From NCBI GenBank assembly GCA_036172155.1, contig JAVHSM010000043.1:1-37606 (forward strand): a DNA stretch of 37,606 bases, written 5' to 3'. The notes under the pieces are model-generated. The model saw only the letters and a list, made by a program, of their open reading frames with translations, was not told the DNA's origin and ran no database searches. Below, piece after piece: positions 8,645 to 18,398 of this stretch. Each line of letters opens with the position of its first letter. The first letter of the stretch is position 1. This DNA is from Candidatus Magasanikiibacteriota bacterium (lineage in GTDB: Bacteria; Patescibacteriota; Patescibacteriia; Magasanikbacterales; GWA2-37-8). Position numbers and translations under genes: made by a program.

Positions 8645-10039
8645 ATGACTAATAACGAAATTTGGCAGGCGGTTTTATCAGAATTAGAACTTACTATCTC
8701 CAAAGCCAATTTTAATACCTGGTTTAAAAATACCGGCATTGTGTCTTTTAATGATGGACAGGTAATATTGTGTGTTCCAAACACTTTTAATCAGGCGTGG
8801 ATTGAAAAAAAACACCACCACCAAATTATCCAATCACTAGAGAGAATCACCGCTTTGCCAATTCGTAAATTAGAATATAAAATTGAAAACATCAAAAACG
8901 TGATAGAGTCGACTATTAACACCACTTTTTCTCCAACCCCACAACAAGAACAAGAAAAAGCGGTGGTTCAACAACCACAAATCACCCCTTCTCATACTTC
9001 TATTTACGGTTTTACTATCAACCAAAAATACAATTTTGATAGTTTTGTGGTTGGCAAAGGCACTGAGTTGGCTTTTGCCGCCGCCAAAGCAGTTGGTGAC
9101 CGACCTGGCCAAGCTTACAATCCTCTGTTTATCTATGGTGGGGTTGGTTTAGGAAAAACCCACCTATTACAAGCGGTTGGCAATGAGCTTTTACGCAAAA
9201 ACCCAACCACCTCAATAATGTATGTCAGCGCCGAAAAGTTTACGAATGATTTTGTCGCTTCTTTACGTAGTGGTGGTGCTCGCGATTTTCAAAACCGCTA
9301 CCGCTCAATCGATGCTTTGTTAATCGACGATATCCAATTTATTGCCGGAAAAGAAGCCAGTCAAGAATCTTTTTTTCATACCTTCAACGAACTCCACCAA
9401 GCCAACAAACAAGTTATTCTCACCTCAGATCGCCCACCAAAGGCCATACCTGCCTTAGAAGACCGCCTAAAATCACGTTTTGAGTGGGGTATGATTGTCG
9501 ATGTGTCGGCTCCGGACTACGAAACCAGAGTGGCTATTTTAGAAAAAAAGTGTTCAGAAAAAAACTTTGTGTTAGACCAAAAGACTCTCAGCACTGTTGC
9601 CACCATCGTCCAAAGTAATATTCGTGAATTAGAAGGAGCCCTAAACAAAATAATTGCTTACCACCAACTAAAAAATATCTCTCCTACCGCCGAATCGGTA
9701 AAATATATCCTTTCCAGTTTTGAATCAGCCTCTGCCCGCCGCTCAGTTACTTCCACTCAATTAATCGAGACAGTTTGTGATTTTTTTAATGTCAGCACCG
9801 AAGATGTTTCTGGTAAAAGCCGTGAAAAGAAACTCTCCTACCCTCGCCAGATTATTATGTATTTGTTACGCAACGATCTCAAAATGTCTTTCCCTTCCAT
9901 CGGAGACGAATTGGGTGGACGCGATCATACCACCGCGATGCACGCCAATGAAAAAATTACCAAGGATATAGAAAATGATTTAAAATTAAAACAAGAAGTT
10001 GAACTAATTCGACAAAGATTATATATAAATAATATCTAA
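8645..10039 (+). CDS. dnaA: Chromosomal replication initiator DnaA
   Basis: YNPLFIYGGVGLGKTHL, LLIDDIQF, RL.SRFEWG, N.RELEGAL, GGRDHTT. Confidence 0.99.
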   Translation: MTNNEIWQAVLSELELTISKANFNTWFKNTGIVSFNDGQVILCVPNTFNQAWIEKKHHHQIIQSLERITALPIRKLEYKIENIKNVIESTINTTFSPTPQQEQEKAVVQQPQITPSHTSIYGFTINQKYNFDSFVVGKGTELAFAAAKAVGDRPGQAYNPLFIYGGVGLGKTHLLQAVGNELLRKNPTTSIMYVSAEKFTNDFVASLRSGGARDFQNRYRSIDALLIDDIQFIAGKEASQESFFHTFNELHQANKQVILTSDRPPKAIPALEDRLKSRFEWGMIVDVSAPDYETRVAILEKKCSEKNFVLDQKTLSTVATIVQSNIRELEGALNKIIAYHQLKNISPTAESVKYILSSFESASARRSVTSTQLIETVCDFFNVSTEDVSGKSREKKLSYPRQIIMYLLRNDLKMSFPSIGDELGGRDHTTAMHANEKITKDIENDLKLKQEVELIRQRLYINNI

Positions 10040-10293
10040 AAATAGTTTTGTTTTTGCTCTTAGTGGTGTGGAAATCCTGTTAATAACCTGTTAATAGAAA
10101 AAGAATAAAACACTCACTTATCAACAGAAAAATATTTTTTCAAAATTCACCAAATTCTTTACACACTTTCCCACTACTTTGTTAAAAAATTATCAACACA
10201 AAATTTGGCTAAATTAAAATAAAAAACGAACTTATCAACACTTTGCACAGCCTTATTACTATTATTATTTATATATATACTTAATTATACAAT
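10040..10293. other. oriC unwinding region (dnaA-dnaN intergenic)
   Basis: TTATCAACA at 10118, 10190 and 10232; the last is followed by a second degenerate box, a GCC spacer, TAT/TAC trinucleotide repeats (DnaA-trio-like) and an AT-rich tract. Confidence 0.85.
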
Positions 10294-11418
10294 ATGAAAA
10301 TAACCTGTACGAAAGACAATCTTTCCAAAGCGCTTTCAGTTGTAGGAGGAATTGCCAACAAAAATGTGACACTACCAATACTGGGTAATGTCTTGATTAA
10401 AGCCGACGATCAAAAAACAGAAGTAATCGCCACCAACTTGGAATTGGCAGTAATTGCTACCATCCGATCCAAAGTTGATGAACCGGGCTCATTCACGGTT
10501 CCGGCTAGAACACTGAGCGAATTTGTAAATTTGTTGTCTGATGAAAAAATTGAGATGGAAATAAAAGACAACGAACTTTCTATAACCTGCGGAAGATCGT
10601 CCACCAAAATCAAGGGTCTGCCAGCGGAAGAGTTTCCGGTTATCCCTTCGGTAAACACTGGCGCTGGGTTTCTCTTTGATGCCGAAGAACTAAAAAATGG
10701 TTTGGGGCAGACAATCTCATCTTTGGCCAAATCGGAAATTCGACCGGAGCTATCCGGTATGTATTTTGGTTTTAACACCTCATATTTTAATGGTCTAATA
10801 TTGGCGGCTACAGACAGTTATCGTTTGGCTGAGAAAAAAATAAAAATAAAACAAGGAGAAGGTGAATTTAAAATAATAGTACCTGGTAGAACTACCTCAG
10901 AAATAATTCACATATTATCTTTGGCTGACGCTCAAGAAAAACAAGAAAATGTAAGAATGCTTGTGGGGGAAAATCAATTAGCAATGCACTACGGTAATGT
11001 TCAACTTGTATCTCGTTTGGTAGAAGGAAGTTATCCGGATTATGCTCAAATTATTCCAAAAGAATTTAAAACTTCGGCCACTTTCGATGTTGGTAAGATG
11101 ACCAAAGAAATAAAAATGGCTAGTTTGTTTACAACCGTAGGTGTGAACGCCATCGCCTGTGTTATTAGTAGTAAAGAAGGATCAGTCAAACTTTCATCAA
11201 CATCATCACAAACCGGTGAATATGCCTCCGATTTATCGGCAGACATAAATGGAGAAGATAATACTATCATGTTAAATCACCGTTATGTTTTGGATGGCCT
11301 GAACAACATAAAATCTTCCACCGCAACATTAAAACTAATTAGTAGTGATAGTCCTTGTTTGTTTGTTCCAAAAGAAGATGAGAGTTTCTTGTATATAGTG
11401 ATGCCGATTAGACAATAA
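10294..11418 (+). CDS. dnaN: DNA polymerase III beta sliding clamp
   Basis: LPIL.NVLI, ATNLE, ATDSYRLA, SRLVEG.YPDY, C-terminal IVMPIR. Confidence 0.98.
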   Translation: MKITCTKDNLSKALSVVGGIANKNVTLPILGNVLIKADDQKTEVIATNLELAVIATIRSKVDEPGSFTVPARTLSEFVNLLSDEKIEMEIKDNELSITCGRSSTKIKGLPAEEFPVIPSVNTGAGFLFDAEELKNGLGQTISSLAKSEIRPELSGMYFGFNTSYFNGLILAATDSYRLAEKKIKIKQGEGEFKIIVPGRTTSEIIHILSLADAQEKQENVRMLVGENQLAMHYGNVQLVSRLVEGSYPDYAQIIPKEFKTSATFDVGKMTKEIKMASLFTTVGVNAIACVISSKEGSVKLSSTSSQTGEYASDLSADINGEDNTIMLNHRYVLDGLNNIKSSTATLKLISSDSPCLFVPKEDESFLYIVMPIRQ

Positions 11419-11436
11419 TAAAAAATATATTAAAAT

Positions 11437-11470
11437 AAAAACCCCCAGTAATTATTTACTGGGGGTTTTT
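11437..11470. terminator. Bidirectional terminator between dnaN and the PBP gene
   Basis: AAAAACCCCCAGTAA-TTAT-TTACTGGGGGTTTTT. Confidence 0.9.
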
Positions 11471-11474
11471 ATGT

Positions 11475-14315
11475 TTATTTTATTTCTACAACCAAACTTT
11501 TTTCTTCAGTGTGTCCGTTCTTGTCTGTGAGAATTCCTTTGAGAGTGTATTGTCCGACACCAGGAAAAGTTTTCCAAGTAAATTCTAACAGTCCGATATT
11601 GGTAAGCTGGTCTTCTTTGTGGTTGAAATCAAAAATGTTTTTGGTATTATTTTTTGAACTGATCAATTGTATTTTTATATCTTTAATATCGTCCCAGCGA
11701 GCTGGTTTTAGTTGGACGATTTTTGGAAAGTCGGTTTTGTTAATAGACAAGTTTTCTCCATCCACCCAACTAAAATTTGCTGGATCATAGTCGGCGTTCA
11801 CAAAGAGATTTATTTGTGCCTGCCCGGCATTTCCCTGATCGTCAGTCGCCGAAACTTTTAATATGTGTTGTTCGGTATAAAGCGTCGAGAATGTGTAGGA
11901 GAAATCAAAGGGAAACTGGTCACTAGAGCCAACTTGCTCATTGTCCACCATATAAAAAACTTGTTTTATTCCACGTGGAGCGCTAGCCTTAATTTTGATA
12001 TCCAGTTGGCGGCCGTTGACTGTTTGGTTGTTGGTCGGTGAAACTATTTGTATTTGCGGGGTTAGTGCCGAATCATAACCGGCATCATCGTATTGGGCCG
12101 GTGGTTCTTCCAACGAAACTTCTTTACCGGCGGTGTTTTGTCTTTGTATCCATTCTTGTAAAGAGTCTTCCCAGTTTTGATATTGAGGATCGTCGGATGG
12201 ATTGGCCGGTACTGGACCGCGCGGGTCGTCTTTGTTTATATATTGTAAAATATCGTGCGGAGGTAAAAATGTTTTTTCGATAATTAGAGCTGGTGGAGTG
12301 GATGAGGTGGCGATTTTGCCATTCATCTTATTTATTTGTAGTTTGATTCCACCATCAGCGCCGCGCAAAACCGGTTTGGTAGCATCGTTGATCGGAGGGG
12401 CAGGGAATGTTTCCGGTGGAATGTTTTTGGTAGCTTCGCGCATGTATTGATTCCAGATCAATCCAGCCAAAGTATTGCCACCACCTTTCATTGGTGATGG
12501 TATAGTATTTCCTACCCACACGCCGGTAGCGAGTGATGGTACATATCCCATTGTCCAAGCATCCTTGTAATCATTGGTAGTGCCAGTCTTGGCAGCTACA
12601 GCCCTGTCGGGTAAAGTCAAGGTGCTGTTGTGTCCGAACATGTAAGCGCGAGCATTGTCATCGGTAAGTACACTGGAGATGGTTGCTGCTATTTCCGGTT
12701 TCACCGCCTCTGATCCGGGTGTGTCTTTCCATTCCAGCAGTGTGGTGTTTTTTGGGTCGGTAACTTTTAAAATACTAACCGATGGATGATATATTCCACT
12801 ATCAGCCAGTGTTGCATAAGCATTGGTGTGTTCAAGCAGATTTACTTCTGCCCCACCCAACACTAAGCTCAACCCAGGATCACCGGTAAAAGTGGTATAA
12901 CCAAAACGTTTGGCAAAATTTATAGTTTCTTTGGTGCCAACCAAATAAAGAGTTTTAACCGCCGGAATATTTAGTGATCCTTGTAAGGCTTTGCGTATGG
13001 TTACTAGACCGTGTTCTTTACCGTCATAATTATGTGGTGTGTAATCACCATTGGCACGACGATCAAAATTGGTGATTGTGTCATAAAGTACAGTGTTTGG
13101 TGTATAGCCTTTTTCAAAGGCCGCCGTATATACAAAAGGTTTAAAAGAAGATCCTGGCTGTCGTTTACCTAACACTGCCACATTGAACTGTCCGTCAATT
13201 TCTTCGTTGCTAAAATCTCTCGAACCGACCATCGCCAAAATCTGACCAGTCTTTGGGTTGATGGATACCAAAGAGGCGTTGTTGGCGTTGAATTGTTTGG
13301 CAAACTTATCTCCGTTTTCTTTTACAATTTTTTCTGCCGCCATCTGCTTGTCATAGTCAATGGTGGTAATTACTTTTAACCCACCGTCGTCCATCATTTT
13401 TTCTCCAAACTGATCGGCTAATTGTTGTTTAACATATAAAACAAAATGTGGAGCGTCCATAATGCCGTTGTTGCGATAAATTCTGATGGCCGAATTTTGT
13501 GCCTGATCTTTTTGATCTTGTGTAATATAGTTTTGTTCAAACATTAAACGCAACACTGTGTCGCGTCGTGCTCGCAGAGAGTTAATGTTGTTGAGATATC
13601 GACTAGGAGCTTGTATGAGGGCGGCTAGGGTGGCCGATTCGGCCAGATCGATATCTTTGGCACTCTTATGAAAATAACTCTGGCTAGCGGCCTCCACACC
13701 GTAATTGGTCGAGCCAAAAGGAATTTCATTTAAATACATTTTTAAGATTTCATCTTTGGAATATGTTTTTTCTAACTTCAATGCCAAAATCGCCTCTTTT
13801 ATTTTTCTAAAAATAGAACGCTCATCACCTATCATGGTGTTTTTGATAAGCTGTTGAGTAAGTGTAGAAGCGCCACCAGAACCGGCTTTGCGATGAATAA
13901 GGTTGTTGAATGCGGCGCGCAAGATACTAAGAACTTGTACACCACTATGTGTATAAAAACCCTTGTCTTCAATAGCAATAACAGCTTTCGGTGTTAATGG
14001 GGACATTTGGTCAAGGCCAATTAATGTTCTTTTTTGATTTTGGTATACTTCGTAAAGCAGGTGTTGTCCGGTGCGGTCATAAATTTTTGTACTCTGAGAC
14101 ACTTGACGATCATTGAGGTGGTTTGGGTCTGGGAGGTCTTTGCTAATCCAAGCAACCGTGGCAAATCCCAATATTATGATAATCAAAAACACAACCCCAA
14201 CTAAGGCGGTTGTTTTTTTAAATAAATTTTTTGAAAGTTTTCGGTCAAACCGGTTTGATTTTTCTTCTGGTTCGTATGAGCGAGCGTGATTTGTTTTTAA
14301 AAAATGAAATGACAT
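11475..14315 (-). CDS. Class A penicillin-binding protein (transglycosylase-transpeptidase) with C-terminal Ig-like domain(s)
   Basis: TM anchor, EDKGFY.H.G, GASTLTQQL.KN, RK.KE, GSSFKP (SxxK), SLN (SxN), KTGT; beta-rich C-terminal tail. Confidence 0.95.
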   Translation of the reverse strand: MSFHFLKTNHARSYEPEEKSNRFDRKLSKNLFKKTTALVGVVFLIIIILGFATVAWISKDLPDPNHLNDRQVSQSTKIYDRTGQHLLYEVYQNQKRTLIGLDQMSPLTPKAVIAIEDKGFYTHSGVQVLSILRAAFNNLIHRKAGSGGASTLTQQLIKNTMIGDERSIFRKIKEAILALKLEKTYSKDEILKMYLNEIPFGSTNYGVEAASQSYFHKSAKDIDLAESATLAALIQAPSRYLNNINSLRARRDTVLRLMFEQNYITQDQKDQAQNSAIRIYRNNGIMDAPHFVLYVKQQLADQFGEKMMDDGGLKVITTIDYDKQMAAEKIVKENGDKFAKQFNANNASLVSINPKTGQILAMVGSRDFSNEEIDGQFNVAVLGKRQPGSSFKPFVYTAAFEKGYTPNTVLYDTITNFDRRANGDYTPHNYDGKEHGLVTIRKALQGSLNIPAVKTLYLVGTKETINFAKRFGYTTFTGDPGLSLVLGGAEVNLLEHTNAYATLADSGIYHPSVSILKVTDPKNTTLLEWKDTPGSEAVKPEIAATISSVLTDDNARAYMFGHNSTLTLPDRAVAAKTGTTNDYKDAWTMGYVPSLATGVWVGNTIPSPMKGGGNTLAGLIWNQYMREATKNIPPETFPAPPINDATKPVLRGADGGIKLQINKMNGKIATSSTPPALIIEKTFLPPHDILQYINKDDPRGPVPANPSDDPQYQNWEDSLQEWIQRQNTAGKEVSLEEPPAQYDDAGYDSALTPQIQIVSPTNNQTVNGRQLDIKIKASAPRGIKQVFYMVDNEQVGSSDQFPFDFSYTFSTLYTEQHILKVSATDDQGNAGQAQINLFVNADYDPANFSWVDGENLSINKTDFPKIVQLKPARWDDIKDIKIQLISSKNNTKNIFDFNHKEDQLTNIGLLEFTWKTFPGVGQYTLKGILTDKNGHTEEKSLVVEIK

Positions 14316-14471
14316 GGGATTTTTGTTAAAATTTTATTTAATTATACTACGACCTCGGCCTATTGACAAATTTGCCTTTTTGGGCTATACTAAGGCGTTA
14401 TGAAAGAGGGGTATCTTAAATGGGTATCTTTTTTAATTAACAGAAAGAGGCTAAATTAGCCAAAAATTAAA

Positions 14472-15002
14472 ATGAACAAGTTTAAAACAATCAAATTTTC
14501 CTTTGTTTTAGCGGTTTTGTTGGCGCAAGTCATATTTCCTATTACAACTATGGCAAAACCAGCTGTTTCCACCAATGTTTTGGCTAATAACAGCCAAAAA
14601 GAGTTAAGTTTAATTGAAAGCCCAGAGGGCAAACTGATTTATTTGACACACTCTGTCAAGAAACCGCACAGGGAGGTTAAGACGGTTTTAACCGCCTATT
14701 CCAGTACTCCGGATCAAACCGATGATGATCCTTTTATAGCGGCTTCCGGTAAGCGTGTTTATGATGGTATGGTTGCGGCCAACTGGTTGCCGATGGGTAC
14801 AAAAATAAAAATCCCCTCTCTGTATGGAGGAAAAGTCTTTACTGTGGACGATCGTATGAATTCTCGCTATGGTTATGGCCGTATGGATATTTGGATGGAT
14901 GCTCCTCGTGCTCAAGTAAACAAGTTTGGTGTGAAGCGTGCGGTGGTGGAAGTTTATTATCCGGAAGCTGTTGCCAAAGTGGCAAAAGTGGATAGTATCT
15001 AA
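14472..15002 (+). CDS. Secreted 3D-domain protein (lytic transglycosylase-like)
   Basis: Signal peptide; TAYSS..DQTD..PFI.ASG, AAN.LP.GT, V.DRM, MDIW. Consensus promoter TTGACA-17-TATACT upstream. Confidence 0.88.
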   Translation: MNKFKTIKFSFVLAVLLAQVIFPITTMAKPAVSTNVLANNSQKELSLIESPEGKLIYLTHSVKKPHREVKTVLTAYSSTPDQTDDDPFIAASGKRVYDGMVAANWLPMGTKIKIPSLYGGKVFTVDDRMNSRYGYGRMDIWMDAPRAQVNKFGVKRAVVEVYYPEAVAKVAKVDSI

Positions 15003-15021
15003 TTGATAAAAGAAACAAATT

Positions 15022-15060
15022 AAAAATACCTCGACTAAACAAGTCGGGGTATTTATTTTT
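15022..15060 (+). terminator. Intrinsic terminator
   Basis: AAATACCTCGACT-AAACA-AGTCGGGGTATTT followed by a T-run. Confidence 0.8.
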
Positions 15061-15156
15061 TTTCAAGACCGCTCTCACTGTGTCCGCAATAATTGTGAAC
15101 ACAGTGAGTTGAAGCGGCCTTGGGGGTAGGTCGTCTCAACCCACCCTCTTTGGAGG

Positions 15157-15495
15157 TTAGAAAAAAGTCCACGACAGTCTCGTTGTAGTTCCTTCACAAA
15201 AGCAGGCGTCAAGATGATAGTGTTTGGCCATTCTTGCTACCAAATACTCAAAATCATACCTGTTTGCGATGTCAGGCACCTCAGACGATCGACAACCGTT
15301 GTAGAAAAGAAGGCGGGATTTACCGCGAAAAATTTCGGCAGTTGCATTGTCTGGTCGCCAGCTCATCACATCTCCTCTGTGCAGGTTAGTGTGATGGTGT
15401 CTGTGATCGGTAAGCGGTCCAAGCGGTCCCACACTTGGGCGTTGAAGATCGTTGTTGGGAGCGAAAAAAAATCCATGATTGCAAGTCGACCCCAT
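15157..15495 (-). CDS. Orphan hypothetical protein (112 aa, Cys/His-containing)
   Basis: ATG at 15495 with AGGAG 7 nt upstream; promoter TTGACT (15569-15564)-17-TAGTAT (15546-15541); hairpin at 15074-15108 downstream. Confidence 0.6.
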   Translation of the reverse strand: MGSTCNHGFFFAPNNDLQRPSVGPLGPLTDHRHHHTNLHRGDVMSWRPDNATAEIFRGKSRLLFYNGCRSSEVPDIANRYDFEYLVARMAKHYHLDACFCEGTTTRLSWTFF

Positions 15496-15596
15496 TTTCT
15501 TTCTCCTGTCTACCGAGTGCAACAAACGCACTCTTATAAAATACTATCAACCAAACACTGTAAAGTCAATATTAAAATTTATTTTTGTTAAATTTA

Positions 15597-17111
15597 TTAT
15601 TCATTATTTTTTATTCGAAATTGTAGTGCTTCGGCCAAATGTTGTATCTGTATTTTTTCTTCGCCAGCTAAGTCGGCGATGGTGCGAGAGATTTTTAAAA
15701 TGCGATTGTAGGCGCGTGCGGATAAATGCATTTTTTCTACCGCTCCACGCAACAGGTCTATCGAGTGGGTGTCCAGTTGACAATGTTTTTTTATTTCCAA
15801 GTTTCCCATTTCAGCATTGGTAATAATATTGGTTTTTAAAAAACGGTGTTGTTGAATTTCTCTGGCCTGCTCTACCCTGCTTCGTATTGAAAAAGATGTT
15901 TCAGAATTTTCTGATGCCGAAAGTTTTTCAAAATTTAAGCGTGGCACTTCCACATGCAAATCAATTCTATCCAAAATCGGGCCGCTAATTCTTTTTTGAT
16001 ATTTTAAAAGGGTGGAGGCCGAACAACTGCAAAACTGATCTGGGTCATTGGCGTATCCGCACGGGCATGGGTTTTGGCTGGCGACCAAAATAAAACGCGC
16101 GGGAAACTGCAAACTACCTCTGGCGCGAGCAATAGAAATTGTGCCGTCTTCGAGCGGTTGGCGCAGAGCTTCTAAAATACTGCGGCTGAATTCTGGAAAT
16201 TCGTCGAGAAACAAAACACCGCGATGAGACAAAGAAATTTCTCCCGGTCGCGGATATTTTCCACCGCCAACCAGAGCGGGCGCTGAAATGGTGTGATGAG
16301 GACAACGGAATGGTCTGGTTTGAATCAAGCCACCGTGTAACAAGCCGGCGATAGAATATATTTTAGTAACTTCTAAGGTTTCTTTTTCTGTAAGCTTTGG
16401 CAAGATGGTTGGTAGTGTTCGTGCGAGTAAAGTTTTTCCCGATCCTGGTGGTCCGGACAAAATAATATTATGTCCCCCGCTAGCCGCAATTTCCAAGGCG
16501 CGCTTGGCAAATTCCTGTCCTTTTATTTGTGCCATGTCCAAACAAAATTCATTGTCTTCTTTGGTGGTGGACGGAATTTTTTGAAATGGCGTGATAAAAC
16601 TTTTTTGTAAAACATGTTCCACCACTTCTTTCAAATTTTGCGCCGGCAGTATTTCTATTCCTTCTACCAAGGCCGCTTCAATGGAATTCTCGGCCGGCAC
16701 AATAATACTTCTTATTCCATTTTCTTTGGCAAACAAAACCACCGGCAAAATTCCGGTAGTTTGTCGTAGTGATCCATCCAATGCCAATTCGCCTATCAAA
16801 ATTAAATTTTTTGTGTCCGGATTTTCACCCAATTGCGCCAAAATTATTCCAACCGCCATCGGTAGATCATAAGCCGGCCCTTCTTTGTGTAAATTCGCTG
16901 GCGCCAAATTTACCAGAATTCTAAAATTAAACGGATAAATATATCCGGAATTTTTTATAGCCGAGTGAATGCGGTCTCTGGCCTCTTGGATGGCCGTATC
17001 GGTAAGTCCCACGATTCCAAAACTGGTCTGGCCTTTGTTGATGTCAACTTCCACCTCCACCGGCAAGCAACTCAACCCTACAGGAGCGGCCGACCGAAGT
17101 TTGACAAACAT
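15597..17111 (-). CDS. comM: YifB/ComM family Mg-chelatase-like AAA+ ATPase
   Basis: VNLAPA...KEG..YDLP.A, GPPGSGKT, PFR.PHH, GEISL.H.GVLFLDE, NPCPCG, ISGPILDRID. Confidence 0.93.
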   Translation of the reverse strand: MFVKLRSAAPVGLSCLPVEVEVDINKGQTSFGIVGLTDTAIQEARDRIHSAIKNSGYIYPFNFRILVNLAPANLHKEGPAYDLPMAVGIILAQLGENPDTKNLILIGELALDGSLRQTTGILPVVLFAKENGIRSIIVPAENSIEAALVEGIEILPAQNLKEVVEHVLQKSFITPFQKIPSTTKEDNEFCLDMAQIKGQEFAKRALEIAASGGHNIILSGPPGSGKTLLARTLPTILPKLTEKETLEVTKIYSIAGLLHGGLIQTRPFRCPHHTISAPALVGGGKYPRPGEISLSHRGVLFLDEFPEFSRSILEALRQPLEDGTISIARARGSLQFPARFILVASQNPCPCGYANDPDQFCSCSASTLLKYQKRISGPILDRIDLHVEVPRLNFEKLSASENSETSFSIRSRVEQAREIQQHRFLKTNIITNAEMGNLEIKKHCQLDTHSIDLLRGAVEKMHLSARAYNRILKISRTIADLAGEEKIQIQHLAEALQFRIKNNE

Positions 17112-17117
17112 AAAGTA

Positions 17118-17567
17118 TTATTTTTTTTTAAAAAATTTATTTGGCAAAAGATAAATAACAAAACCAAGCACTATTAAAACATCAGCCAGATTGATGACGC
17201 CAGTGCCGATAAGATAATAGTCAATAGTAGTTTTGTATAAAAAACGATCTAACAAATTAGATGATGCCCCCCAAAAAATTAATGATAGGGAAACAAAACT
17301 ACGCAACTGATTTTGCTTTTGATGAAAACGCCACAATAGAAAAAAAATAACGATTATAATAGGAACAGTAAAAATGATAGTAAGGATGTTTGGTAAAGGC
17401 AAACTAAACGCCACTCCATGATTTTGAAATGGATTCCAACCGACTAGGCCAAAAAGCAAATGGCTGGAGGTGTAAATGTATAGTGATAGTTGTTTGATTA
17501 GCTGATCAAAACAAAATAAAAAAAATCCGCCAATAAAAATTATTAAGTGGCGGATTTTGTAAGACAT
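17118..17567 (-). CDS. lspA: Lipoprotein signal peptidase II
   Basis: DQ..K, N.GVAFS, GA.SNL.DR, IDY, NLADV.I; four hydrophobic segments. Confidence 0.88.
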   Translation of the reverse strand: MSYKIRHLIIFIGGFFLFCFDQLIKQLSLYIYTSSHLLFGLVGWNPFQNHGVAFSLPLPNILTIIFTVPIIIVIFFLLWRFHQKQNQLRSFVSLSLIFWGASSNLLDRFLYKTTIDYYLIGTGVINLADVLIVLGFVIYLLPNKFFKKK

Positions 17568-17571
17568 ATTT

Positions 17572-17958
17572 TTAGACCTCCTGAGTGATTGCTTTTTTGC
17601 AAGAAATACAAGCGTTGGAAGTCGGACGGGCTAAAAGGCGTTTTTCGTCAATTGGTTTTTTACAGTATTTGCAGATACCATAGGTGCCCTCGTCGATTCG
17701 TTTCAAGGCCGATACTGAATCACGCAAAGTTTTTTCAAAGCTTTCTTCGAGTGGAATTTCAGCGGCGTATTCGGCTACTTCGGCCGCGTTTTCGTCGTCC
17801 TTGTCGCCATATTCCGGAAATGAACTATTGTAATCACCGGCGACGCGGGTGTTTTTTTTTGTAAATTTAGGTAGTTCTTTTTCGGTGTTTTCTTTTTCAG
17901 AGAGTAAAGCTGTTTTTATTTTGGATAAGAATTCTTTACTAAAAGTCATTTTAGCCAT
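17572..17958 (-). CDS. DksA/TraR family C4 zinc-finger protein
   Basis: AL.RI..GTYGIC..C.KPI...RL.ARP....C..C; own promoter TTGACG-16-TATAAT at about 18018-17991. Confidence 0.92.
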   Translation of the reverse strand: MAKMTFSKEFLSKIKTALLSEKENTEKELPKFTKKNTRVAGDYNSSFPEYGDKDDENAAEVAEYAAEIPLEESFEKTLRDSVSALKRIDEGTYGICKYCKKPIDEKRLLARPTSNACISCKKAITQEV

Positions 17959-18030
17959 ATTTGTTGGGTTATTTTCATTTGTTAGAGACTATTATAACAG
18001 ATTGTGAAATGTCGTCAAGCAAAAAATAAG

Positions 18031-18364
18031 AAAAAAATAGGGGCATAGAATCCCGATAAAAATAATTTTAAGGATCTCGCCCCTAAGGCGCTGTACATAG
18101 CGAGTTCAGTTCGTTTGAAAAACGAGACTGTCGATCAACTATGACAGTGTAACCCCTGGCCGCTTGAAGGTATTACCTCGGGCATAGACATGACACAAAA
18201 GATCAGGCCGATGCAAATTTGAGGGTACCGGACAAGAAGTTCGGATTCGCCACCACCGTTTCGTTGTATTTCTACAGCGGTTGTGAATCCCCTTCTCAGA
18301 CTAAGCAGTTCGTTGGGTTGTGTCCACTAATAAGTGGACAAATAAATTGTAGTAAAGAACTACA
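18031..18364 (-). ncRNA. Putative stand-alone structured non-coding RNA (~330 nt), family not recognised
   Basis: Promoter TTGACA-17-TATACT, series of hairpins, terminator stem (18038-18085) with U-tract; no convincing ORF seen. Confidence 0.55.
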
Positions 18365-18369
18365 ATATA

Positions 18370-18398
18370 AGTATAGCACATAAATGTGGTTTTGTCAA
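18370..18398 (-). promoter_or_regulatory. Near-consensus sigma70 promoter
   Basis: TTGACA (18398-18393), 17-bp spacer, TATACT (18375-18370). Confidence 0.85.

Noticed and set aside
18031-18364. tmRNA, RNase P RNA, SRP RNA or a known riboswitch
   Set aside because: No tRNA-like ends or tag ORF, no GAGGAAAGTCC, no SRP helix-8 motif and no aptamer consensus that I could recognise.
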